This document shows positions 54,929-62,146 of a stretch of 62,146 nt of DNA, piece after piece. Where the stretch lies: positions 1-62,146 of the forward strand of contig JBPCNP010000062.1 in the NCBI GenBank assembly GCA_051001215.1. The letters run 5' to 3'. The stretch is from Acidimicrobiales bacterium. GTDB lineage: Bacteria; Actinomycetota; Acidimicrobiia; Acidimicrobiales; AC-14. A program made the translations under genes and the position numbers. Below the pieces are notes generated by a model. That model made no database searches. It saw nothing but the letters and a program-made list of their open reading frames with translations, and was not told where the DNA came from. Numbering within the stretch: the first letter of the stretch is position 1; the number at the start of each line of letters is the position of its first letter.

Positions 54929-55642
54929 GTCGTCGAGCACCTCGAGCACGTCGGGGCCCATCCACGGTTCGGACGTGCGCCCCGCGCTCTGCCAGGCCAC
55001 CGACCAGCGGGTCAGGTCGAGTTGGCCGGCCACGGCGGCGGCCGTCTCGGCCAGCTGTGTCGGGTAGGGATCGCCGGACTCGAGGATGCGGGCCGGCAGG
55101 CTGTGGGCGGTGAAGACGACCTCGACCCGCTCGGGGTCGACGTCGCCCAAGCGGGCGCGGGCATCGGTCACCCGGTGGGCGAGGAGGTCGAGGTACCCGG
55201 GCGCCAGATGCCACGACTGGACCATGGTGAGCTCCACCCCGCCGGTGACGACGGCATCGCTGGCCCGGATGCGGGCCGCGTACTCGCCCACCGACAGGGC
55301 CGAGTAGTGGGGGGCCAGGACCAAGCCGATCATCTGGCGTACCCCACCTGCCGCCAGGGCGGCCATGCCGTCCTCGATGAACGGCGGCGCGTGCTTCATG
55401 CCCAGCTCGACATGCCAGCCCTCGCCCAGCACCGCGGCCAGGCCATCGGCCTGGGCCCGAGTCACCTCCAGCAGGGGCGACGTCCCGCCGATGGCGTCGT
55501 AGCGGCGCTGGAGGTCGGCCAACTGTTCGGGCGTCGGCGGCCGTCCCCGCCGCACGTGGGTGTAGTAGGCCTCGACATCGCCGGGCGTGGCCGGTGTGCC
55601 GTAGGCCATGACCAGCACGCCCGTCGGCGGCGTGTCGCTCAA
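54929..55642 (-). pseudogene. hemH: Ferrochelatase / coproporphyrin ferrochelatase, 5' part (disrupted in this orientation)
   Basis: (TTG)SDTPPTGVLVMAYGTPATPGDVEAYYTHVRRGRPP...VVFTAHSLP...PWMGPDVLEVLDD is canonical ferrochelatase. After the repeat the frame runs into antisense sequence. The start overlaps the hemE stop (TTGA). Confidence 0.85.
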
Positions 55643-56673
55643 GCCCGGCGCCAGTCGTGCACCTGGTCGACGACGCGGCGGAGGTTGTCGGGGTCGGTCT
55701 CCGGCAGCACACCGTGACCGAGGTTGAACACGTGGCCGAGACGCCCGCCGTTTCGCTCCAGCACGTCAGCGACGGCTGCGGCCACGGTGGCCGGGGGTGC
55801 CAGGCAGACGGCGGGGTCGAGGTTTCCCTGCACGGCGACGCCCGGAGGCAAGCGGGTGCGGGCCTGGTCGAGGGGCACGCGCCAGTCGACGCCCACCACG
55901 TCGGCACCGGCCTCGGCGAACAGGCCGAGCAGCTCGCCGGTACCCACCCCGAAATGGATGCGGGGGACATCGAGGTCGGCCAGCCCGGCGAAGATGCGAC
56001 GGCTGGCGGGCAGGACGTAGCGGCGGTAGTCGCCGGGTGTCAACGCCCCCGCCCACGAGTCGAACACCTGCACGGCGGCCGCCCCCGCGGCCACCTGGGC
56101 CCGCAACGAGGCCAGGACGATGTCGGCGAGGGCGTCGAGCAGCCGAGCCCACATCGGTGGGTCTGAGTACATGAAGGCCTTGGTGCGGCCTTGGGTCTTC
56201 GACGGTCCCCCCTCGATCAGGTAGCTGGCCAGGGTGAACGGGGCCCCGGCGAAGCCGATGAGGGGCACCTCGCACTCCTTGGCCACCAACCGGATCGTCT
56301 CGAGGACGTGGGCGAGGTCGGTCTCGGGTTCGATGGGGCGGAGACGAGCCAGGTCGTCAGGGGTGCGGAAGGGCTCATCGAGCACCGGGCCGACCCCGTC
56401 GCGCAGGGTGATGCCCACGCCGACGGCCACCAAGGGGACCACGATGTCGGAGAACAGGATGGCGGCATCGACGCCCAGGCGGCGGACGGGCTGGAGGGTG
56501 ACCTCGGCCGCCAACTCGGGATCGCCGACGACCTCGAACATCGTCGCTTTGGCCCGCACCGCCCGGTACTCGGGGAGCGACCGCCCGGCTTGGCGCATGA
56601 ACCACACGGGCACACGCTCGACCGGCCGGCGCCGGCAGGCATCGACAAACGTGCTGGTAGGCGCGGGCGACAT
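55639..56673 (-). CDS. hemE: Uroporphyrinogen decarboxylase
   Basis: The PVWFMRQAGRSLPEYR signature, 344 aa. Confidence 0.95.
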   Translation of the reverse strand: MSPAPTSTFVDACRRRPVERVPVWFMRQAGRSLPEYRAVRAKATMFEVVGDPELAAEVTLQPVRRLGVDAAILFSDIVVPLVAVGVGITLRDGVGPVLDEPFRTPDDLARLRPIEPETDLAHVLETIRLVAKECEVPLIGFAGAPFTLASYLIEGGPSKTQGRTKAFMYSDPPMWARLLDALADIVLASLRAQVAAGAAAVQVFDSWAGALTPGDYRRYVLPASRRIFAGLADLDVPRIHFGVGTGELLGLFAEAGADVVGVDWRVPLDQARTRLPPGVAVQGNLDPAVCLAPPATVAAAVADVLERNGGRLGHVFNLGHGVLPETDPDNLRRVVDQVHDWRRA

Positions 56674-56904
56674 CGCAGATCGACCCTACCCGCGGCCCTC
56701 GCCGTATCCCCAGGCAGGCCCTGTCCTCTCCGCAGATCCGGCGCCGCGTTCTCGGCTCAGAAGGCGGCCAGGCCGTTCGGCGTGCCCAGCCCAGTGGGGC
56801 CGTCGTAGCCGGTACCCGCGGTGCACAGGTAGGGAGCCCGTTTGCGACAGCTGCCGTTGCTGCCCGAGGTCACGTCGAACAGCGATGCTCGGCGGCGTGC
56901 TCAG

Positions 56905-58026
56905 ATGGACGGGGTGAGAGTCCTGACCGTCAACGCCGGATCCAGCAGCCTGAAGCTACGTGTCATCGGCCTCGACGGCGCCGTGGTCGCCACCGCCGAC
57001 CTGCCCCACCAGGCGCGAGGGTCGGTGGACGGCGAGATCTCCCAGTTCCTCACCAAGGTCTCCCCGTTCGACGCCGTCGGTCACCGGGTGGTCCACGGCG
57101 GCCGCGACTTCCAGGCGCCACTGGTCCTCGACGGCCAGGTCGAGGATGCTCTCGGGGCGCTGGCCGACCTGGCGCCCCTGCACAACCCTCCGGCCATCGA
57201 GGCCGTGAAGGTGCTGCGCCGGTTGCGCCCCGAGCTCCCACAGGTCGCCTGTTTCGATACCGCCTTTCACGCCGGACTGCCTGCCGAGGCGGCCACCTAC
57301 GCCCTGCCCCACGAGTGGAACGCTCGGTGGGGCCTGCGGCGCTTCGGTTTTCACGGCCTCAGCCACGCCTACGCCAGCGGGCGGGGAGCAGCGCTCATGG
57401 GTCGGCCGCCCAGCGAGCTGCGCCTGGTCACCGCCCACCTCGGCTCAGGTGCGTCCCTGGCTGCGGTGGCGGGCGGGAGCTCCGTCGACACCACCATGGG
57501 CTTCACACCACTCGAAGGCCTGGTCATGGCCACCCGGGCCGGGGACGTGGACCCGGGCCTGGTGCTCTGGCTGTTGCGTCGTAGCGGGTTGTCGGCCGCC
57601 GAGATCGAGGAAGCTCTCGAGACTGGGTCCGGGCTGCTCGGGATGTCCGGCGTCTCGGCCGACTTGCGTCTCGTCGTCGGTGCGGCCGACGCCGGCGACG
57701 CCCGGGCCGGTTTGGCCTACGCCGTGTACCTCCACCGGCTGCGGGCCGGGGTGGCGGCGATGACGGCGGCCATGGGCGGCGTCGACGGTGTCGTGTTCAC
57801 CGGCGGCGCCGGGGAGAGCTCGTGGCGGCTCCGGCGCGACGCCTGCCGCGGGCTGAGCTTTCTCGGGCTGGCCATCGACGACGACCTCAACGAGGCGGCG
57901 TCGGGTGACCGGACCGTTTCGCCGGCGGGGGCCTCGACGTCGGTCATGGTGGTGGCCGCGCGCGAGGACCTCGAGATCGCCCGTCAGGTACGCGAGGTCC
58001 TCGGACAGGGGTCTCAGGTTGAGTGA
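56905..58026 (+). CDS. ackA: Acetate (propionate) kinase
   Basis: [48 protein letters not shown] and [10 protein letters not shown]. The start is ATG 56905 or GTG 56914. Confidence 0.9.
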   Translation: MDGVRVLTVNAGSSSLKLRVIGLDGAVVATADLPHQARGSVDGEISQFLTKVSPFDAVGHRVVHGGRDFQAPLVLDGQVEDALGALADLAPLHNPPAIEAVKVLRRLRPELPQVACFDTAFHAGLPAEAATYALPHEWNARWGLRRFGFHGLSHAYASGRGAALMGRPPSELRLVTAHLGSGASLAAVAGGSSVDTTMGFTPLEGLVMATRAGDVDPGLVLWLLRRSGLSAAEIEEALETGSGLLGMSGVSADLRLVVGAADAGDARAGLAYAVYLHRLRAGVAAMTAAMGGVDGVVFTGGAGESSWRLRRDACRGLSFLGLAIDDDLNEAASGDRTVSPAGASTSVMVVAAREDLEIARQVREVLGQGSQVE

Positions 58027-58036
58027 AGGGAAGGCC

Positions 58037-58305
58037 ATGCCGGCGGTGCTGACCGATGCCGAACTGGACGGGCTCATCGCCTACTGGGAGGCCGCCAACT
58101 ACCTGACGGTCGCCCAGATCTACCTGCAGGACAACGCCTTGGTGCGCGAACCCGTGCGGGCGGAGCACATCAAGCCCCGCCTGCTCGGCCATTGGGGGAG
58201 CTCGAGGACCACTGCCGCACCATGCTGGCTCGCCACCACGGATACATCCGCGAGCACCTCGAGGACATGCCCGAGGTTCGTGAATGGACCTGGTCGCCTG
58301 ACTGA
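58037..58305 (+). pseudogene. xfp: Phosphoketolase remnant (N-terminal ~54 aa joined to C-terminal ~35 aa)
   Basis: [54 protein letters not shown] is the conserved Xfp N-terminus. At ~58197 it joins, in another frame, [35 protein letters not shown], the Xfp C-terminal end. About 700 codons are missing. Confidence 0.7.
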
Positions 58306-58377
58306 GATCGTGACTGCCTCACCGGCGCTCGATCTGGCCGGCGCCGCCCGTCAGCCGGTCGCCGAGGGCTGGTGGGT

Positions 58378-59125
58378 CTGAACACCACCGAGGCCGGCCT
58401 CGAATCCGGCGAGGCCGCCGGGCGGCTGGCCCGCTGGGGCCCGACGACGAACGGGACCTGCATCTCGCGGGCTTCCTCACCTTCGTCGACCGGCCCAAAG
58501 CAGACGCCGGGGAGTCGATCGCCAAGCTCGACCGCTTGGGCGTGGCCGTGAAGGTCATCACCGGCGACAACGGGGTCGTGGCCGCCAAGGTCTGTCGCGA
58601 CATCGACGTCGATGTCAAGGGGGTCCTCAGCGGCGTCGAGGTCGAGGCTCTCGACGACGACGCCCTCGCCACCGCCATCCTTGTCCAGCAGTACGACATC
58701 GGCAGTGCCGCCGGCGCATCGCTGTTTCTTTCGTTCCTGCCCATGCTGCCGTCGCAGATCCTGTTGAACAACCTGCTCTACGACGTCGGTCAGCTCGCCA
58801 TTCCCACCGATCGGGTCGATGCCGAGGTGCTGGCCCGGCCTGCGGTGTGGGTCATCGCCTTCGTCCGCCGCTTCATGAGCGTGTTCGGGCCGGTCAGTTC
58901 GATCTTCGACCTCATGACCTTCTTCGTGATGCTGGCGATCCTCCACGCCGGTCACAGTGAGTTCCGCAGCGGCTGGTTCGTCGAGTCCCTGGCCACCCGG
59001 ACCCTCGTCGTGTTTCTCATCCGCACCCGCCGGGTCCCGTTCTTCCGCAGCCGCCCCAGCCTGGCCATGATGATCACACCCCCAACCTGCGCGCTCGTCG
59101 GCGCCGTCCGGCCGTTCCCCGAGGC
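58378..59125 (+). pseudogene. mgtA: MgtA-type P-type ATPase remnant with at least two internal deletions
   Basis: It reads [22 protein letters not shown] (Cation_ATPase_N-like). At ~58445, in another frame, it continues as ERDLHLAGFLTFVDRPKADAGESIAKLDRLGVAVKVITGDN...ALDDDALATAI. At ~58680 it continues as ...SLFLSFLPMLPSQILLNNLLYDVGQLAIPTDRVD...GPVSSIFDLMTFF...SGWFVESLATRTLVVFLIRTRRVPFF (C-terminal TM helices). The phosphorylation (DKTGT) and most nucleotide-binding regions are absent. Confidence 0.65.
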
Positions 59126-59277
59126 GTCCCGGCCACTGAGGATGAGCGGCACCGGCGCACGATCCACCGACGCGCCGCCCGGTTCATCCATCACCCCTCC
59201 ACGGACGCCGACCCCTTGCCATGAGGTGCGAAAGGCCCCGGACGCCGGTGGCGTTCGGGGTGATTCGCGTGCGGTCG

Positions 59278-59300
59278 CCCGCCCGACCCGGCAGGGCGGG
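59278..59300 (-). terminator. Possible hairpin terminator (cccgccc-N9-gggcggg) 3 nt downstream of the small minus-strand gene
   Basis: A 7-bp G+C stem read in the DNA. No U-tract follows it, so confidence is low. Confidence 0.25.
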
Positions 59301-59303
59301 TCC

Positions 59304-59663
59304 TCAGGCCGCCTGCCTCGGGGTGCTCATCGGGTAGGCCGGCAGCGCGTGCGGCGCAGGCCGGTGGGCGAGCTCGGCCCGCACCTCGTGCTCGGCGATG
59401 GTGATCACGTGACCGTGCTCGTCGAGCATGTCACGGGTGGGGTCGGGCATGGCCGTGCGCCACTCGGTCTGTGACTCTCCCGGCATGGCCCCGGCGAGGG
59501 AGAACGAGGGCCCGTGGCAACCGTGGCCAATGCCGGCGTGGCCGGCGTCGGGGTTCGGGTAGGCGGTCTTCCAGGACATCTCGGCGCCGCCCGGCATGGC
59601 GCCGGCGATCGAGAACACGGGGCTGCAATCTGCTGCGACGGGGGCGACGTGTCGCTGGTCCAT
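59304..59663 (-). CDS. Small protein (119 aa) with an internal duplication and His-rich motifs
   Basis: The ATG at 59663 is in frame in ORF 59304..60053. It has two repeats, SPVFSIAGAMPGGAEMSWKTAYPNPDAGHAGIGHGCHG and GPSFSLAGAMPGESQTEWRTAMPDPTRDMLDEHGH. I recognise no family. Confidence 0.45.
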   Translation of the reverse strand: MDQRHVAPVAADCSPVFSIAGAMPGGAEMSWKTAYPNPDAGHAGIGHGCHGPSFSLAGAMPGESQTEWRTAMPDPTRDMLDEHGHVITIAEHEVRAELAHRPAPHALPAYPMSTPRQAA

Positions 59664-59809
59664 GACATGCCTGCTTTCGTTTCGAGGAGGTTGTTTCTTC
59701 GGTGTCAGTGTGCGCTCACCCCTGTCGTCGCAACAGGGCCGGACGTCCCGAGTCGGTGTGTCGAAAGTCCTCTGGCGGCCTCTCTCCGGCCGGCTGGCAC
59801 GATGGGGGG

Positions 59810-59932
59810 GTGACGACGCGCGTCTTCCTGCTCGACGACCACGAGCTGGTGCGCCGGGGGGTACGCGACCTGCGGACAGAGGCGGCGGCGTACGCGGCGA
59901 CGCTGGCCGAGCGCCGGAGAGCCAATCCGTGA
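59810..59932 (+). pseudogene. NarL/LuxR-type response regulator remnant (in-frame internal deletion, 40 codons left)
   Basis: VTTRVFLLDDHELVRRGVRDL is the start of a REC domain. It is fused at ~59873 to RTEAAAYAATLAERRRANP*, the end of a LuxR-type HTH (..nRtEAaayA..). Its stop overlaps the kinase GTG (GTGA). Confidence 0.6.
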
Positions 59933-61074
59933 GCCCACTGCGGGGCGTCAATGACCCAGAACGGCTGCGGGGCCTTGTCGCCGCCGTGCTGGCCATCGGC
60001 TCGGACCTGTCGCTTCCTTCAGTGCTCCGCCACATCGTGGAGTCGGCCACCACGCTCCTCGACGCCCGCTACGGCGCCCTCGGCGTGCTCGATACGGCCG
60101 GCAAGGGGCTCTCGGAGTTCGTGTACGTGGGCATGAGCCTCGAACAGGTGGCTGCCATCGGGCACCTGCCCGAGGGTCACGGCATCCTCGGGTTGCTCAT
60201 CCTGGAGCCGGAGCCACTGCGCCTGGCCGTGCTCGGCGCCCATCCCGACAGCTTCGGCTTCCCCGCCAACCATCCACCGATGGGGTCGTTCCTGGGTGTC
60301 CCCATCCGGGTGCGCGGCCAGGTGTTCGGCAACCTGTACCTCACCGACAAGCGGGGGGCGGCCGAGTTCTCCGACGAAGACGAGATCCTGGCCGTCGCCC
60401 TGGCCGGGGCGGCGGGGATCGCCATCGAGAACTCCCGCCTGGCCGCCCGGGTGCGAGAGCTCTCTCTCGTCGAGGACCGGGAGCGCATCGCCGCCGACCT
60501 CCACGACACGGTCATTCAGCGACTGTTCGCGACGGGTCTCGGATTGCAGGCCACTGTCCGCACCGTCGACAACCCTGCTGCTGCGGTCCGCCTGCAAGAG
60601 GCGGTTGATGACCTCGACGAGACGATCCGCCAGATCCGTTCGACGATCTTCGCCCTGCAGGGCCCGAGCGTGGCCGGGCGCAGTCTGCGAGACGAGCTCA
60701 TGGCCCTGGTCGCCGAGGCCGCAGGCAGCCTCGGCTTCAAGCCCGGCCTGCACCTCGACGGCCCGATCGACGAGCGCATCAGCGACGCGACCGGCGCTCA
60801 ATTGCTCGCCGTCCTGCGTGAGGCACTGTCGAACGTGGTTCGCCACGCCGGTGCGTCGACGACATCGGTCGCGGTGGAGGTGACCGACACCGACCTCGTC
60901 GTCACCGTCATCGACGATGGCGTCGGCGCCGGTGCCGGGGAGCGACTGGGCGGACAGGGACTGGCCAGCCTGCACCACCGGGCCGAGGCCCTCGGCGGGA
61001 CTCTCGAAGTCGGGGCCGGAACCGATGGGACGGGCACCACCGTGCGCTGGCAGGTGCCCCTCGGAGCTGACTGA
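59929..61074 (+). CDS. GAF-domain sensor histidine kinase (HisKA_3 / NarL-partner type, DevS/DosT-like)
   Basis: The start is refined to the GTG at 59929. It has a GAF region (LRHIVESATTLLDARYGALGVLD...GFPANHPPMGSFLGVPIRVRGQVFGNLYLTDK), an H-box (RIAADLHDTVIQRLF), and HATPase N and G boxes (EALSNVVRHA, DDGVG, GQGLASL). Confidence 0.85.
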   Translation: MSPLRGVNDPERLRGLVAAVLAIGSDLSLPSVLRHIVESATTLLDARYGALGVLDTAGKGLSEFVYVGMSLEQVAAIGHLPEGHGILGLLILEPEPLRLAVLGAHPDSFGFPANHPPMGSFLGVPIRVRGQVFGNLYLTDKRGAAEFSDEDEILAVALAGAAGIAIENSRLAARVRELSLVEDRERIAADLHDTVIQRLFATGLGLQATVRTVDNPAAAVRLQEAVDDLDETIRQIRSTIFALQGPSVAGRSLRDELMALVAEAAGSLGFKPGLHLDGPIDERISDATGAQLLAVLREALSNVVRHAGASTTSVAVEVTDTDLVVTVIDDGVGAGAGERLGGQGLASLHHRAEALGGTLEVGAGTDGTGTTVRWQVPLGAD

Positions 61075-61282
61075 TGAACCCGAGCGGTGGGCGACGACCA
61101 ACGCTCACTCGCGGCCACATGGGTGGTTGGTCATTGCCACCGGAGCCACGTCCGCGGTCACGGCACCTACACGATCCGGGGGGGCGCGATTTCCCGACGT
61201 CGGCGAGTTCCACCGGTCGGTGCACGCGTGGCGGGCATGATGCCCGTTGCGACCGAGCACCCCGACCGGTGGAGGCAACAGC

Positions 61283-62146
61283 ATGGCAGGCCCGTCTTTG
61301 AACATGAACCAGCGCGAGGAGATCTCGCTGGGATTGGCTGACTCGCCGTCAGCGAGCTGGACCGATCTCGCCCGACGAGCCGGGGCACACCGCACGACGG
61401 TGGCCCGGGAGGTCATCCGCAACGGTGGCCGCCAGCACTACCGGCCGGCCGACGCCGAGCGCCGCGCCGAGGCCGAGCGCTGCCGGCCCCGACTCAGCCG
61501 CCTGATGATCGACTCCGTGCTTCGTGCCCGTGTGACCGCCGAGTTGAGGTTGTGCCGCTCGCCTGCTGCCATCGCCGCTGATCTCGTCGCCGAGGGCGCC
61601 GCCCGGGTGTGCCACGAGAGCATCTACCGCTCCGTGTACGCCGGCGAGCTCGACGTGGCCGCCCGTGACTGCCTGCGTCGACGCCGTCCCCGTAGGAGGG
61701 GTCGCCAGGTCCGCCACGCCACCAAACGCCCGGGGCTGCCGAACATCGCTCTGCGTCCGGCGGCGGTGAATGAACGGGGCGAGGGCGGCCACTGGGAGGG
61801 TGACCTCATCATCGGCGCCCACAACCGCTCGGCGGTGCTGACCATGATCGAGCGGGTGAGTCGCTACGCGCTGCTGCTCGACCTGCCCAACGGTTACTGC
61901 GCCGAGGCGGTGGCCGGCGCGTTCGTGGAGGCGTTCGAGTCCATCCCGGCGAACCTGCGGCGCAGCCTCACCCTCGACCAGGGCTCGGAATGGGCGGCCT
62001 GGCCGTCCCTGGCCGCCAGCTACGGCCTCGACGTGTGGTTCTGCGACCCTCACTCGCCCTGGCAGCGGGGGGCGATCGAGAACCTCAACGGCCACGTGCG
62101 CTTCTGGCTGCCCCGGGGCCGGCGCCTCGACATCGTCAGCCCCGAC
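61283..62146 (+). mobile_element. IS30-family transposase gene; its 3' end runs off the right edge of the window
   Basis: My own translation gives MAGPSLNMNQREEISLGLADSPSASWTDLARRAGAHRTTVAREVIRNGG (N-terminal HTH), then ...HWEGDLIIG...LTLDQGSEWA...FCDPHSPWQRGAIENLNGHVRFWLPRG (DDE region). It is not in the ORF track because no stop falls inside the window. The element ends were not identified. Confidence 0.85.

Noticed and set aside
61087-61341. 84-codon ORF between the histidine kinase stop and the IS30 transposase start
   Set aside because: It overlaps the transposase start in another frame, has an Arg/Gly/His-rich composition, and probably corresponds to the non-coding left end of the IS element.

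Overview
Very high-G+C (by eye around 70%, not computed) chromosomal segment. It looks actinobacterial: LAxTG-type sortase signals, a mycothiol-type DinB/MDMPI enzyme, F420-type PPOX and LLM enzymes, an AccE subunit, Ku/LigD NHEJ genes, a WYL regulator, and hemE-hemH-hemY in the order of the coproporphyrin pathway. About 60 genes are supportable, and no rRNA, tRNA or CRISPR was recognised. Most are housekeeping genes: asd-lysC, two cyclophilins, an acyl-CoA carboxylase beta subunit, nei, amt-glnK, lnt, heme genes, ackA, and DNA repair and NHEJ genes.

Five observations stand out.
(1) 46647-50138 encodes a 1163-aa single polypeptide. It fuses an indoleamine-2,3-dioxygenase-like heme domain, an FAD/NAD(P)H reductase domain, a cytochrome b5 domain and an unknown C-terminal domain, which would make it a candidate self-sufficient IDO. 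It is translationally coupled to a pseudo-receiver/CBS protein and flanked by RidA and a Trx2-type zinc-ribbon protein.
(2) The last ~200 bp of ferrochelatase (hemH) lie inverted between two perfect 39-bp inverted repeats. Flipping the segment in silico restores an in-frame 357-aa hemH whose stop overlaps the hemY start.
(3) Those repeats belong to a dispersed 27-30 nt repeat family that is embedded in frame at gene termini (MFS N-terminus, lnt N-terminus, hemH).
(4) At least five genes are reduced to remnants that keep both termini but lack the middle: a type I R-M system, an LLM oxidoreductase, phosphoketolase, an MgtA-type ATPase, and a NarL-type response regulator.
(5) Two gene clusters of unknown function are tightly coupled: GT4 / methyltransferase / prenyltransferase-like / PQQ-dehydrogenase, and P450 / B12-radical-SAM / small ORF / STAS / K-rich-tail protein.

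A partial IS30-family transposase sits at the right edge. All calls rest on reading the supplied translations and the DNA by eye; no searches were run.
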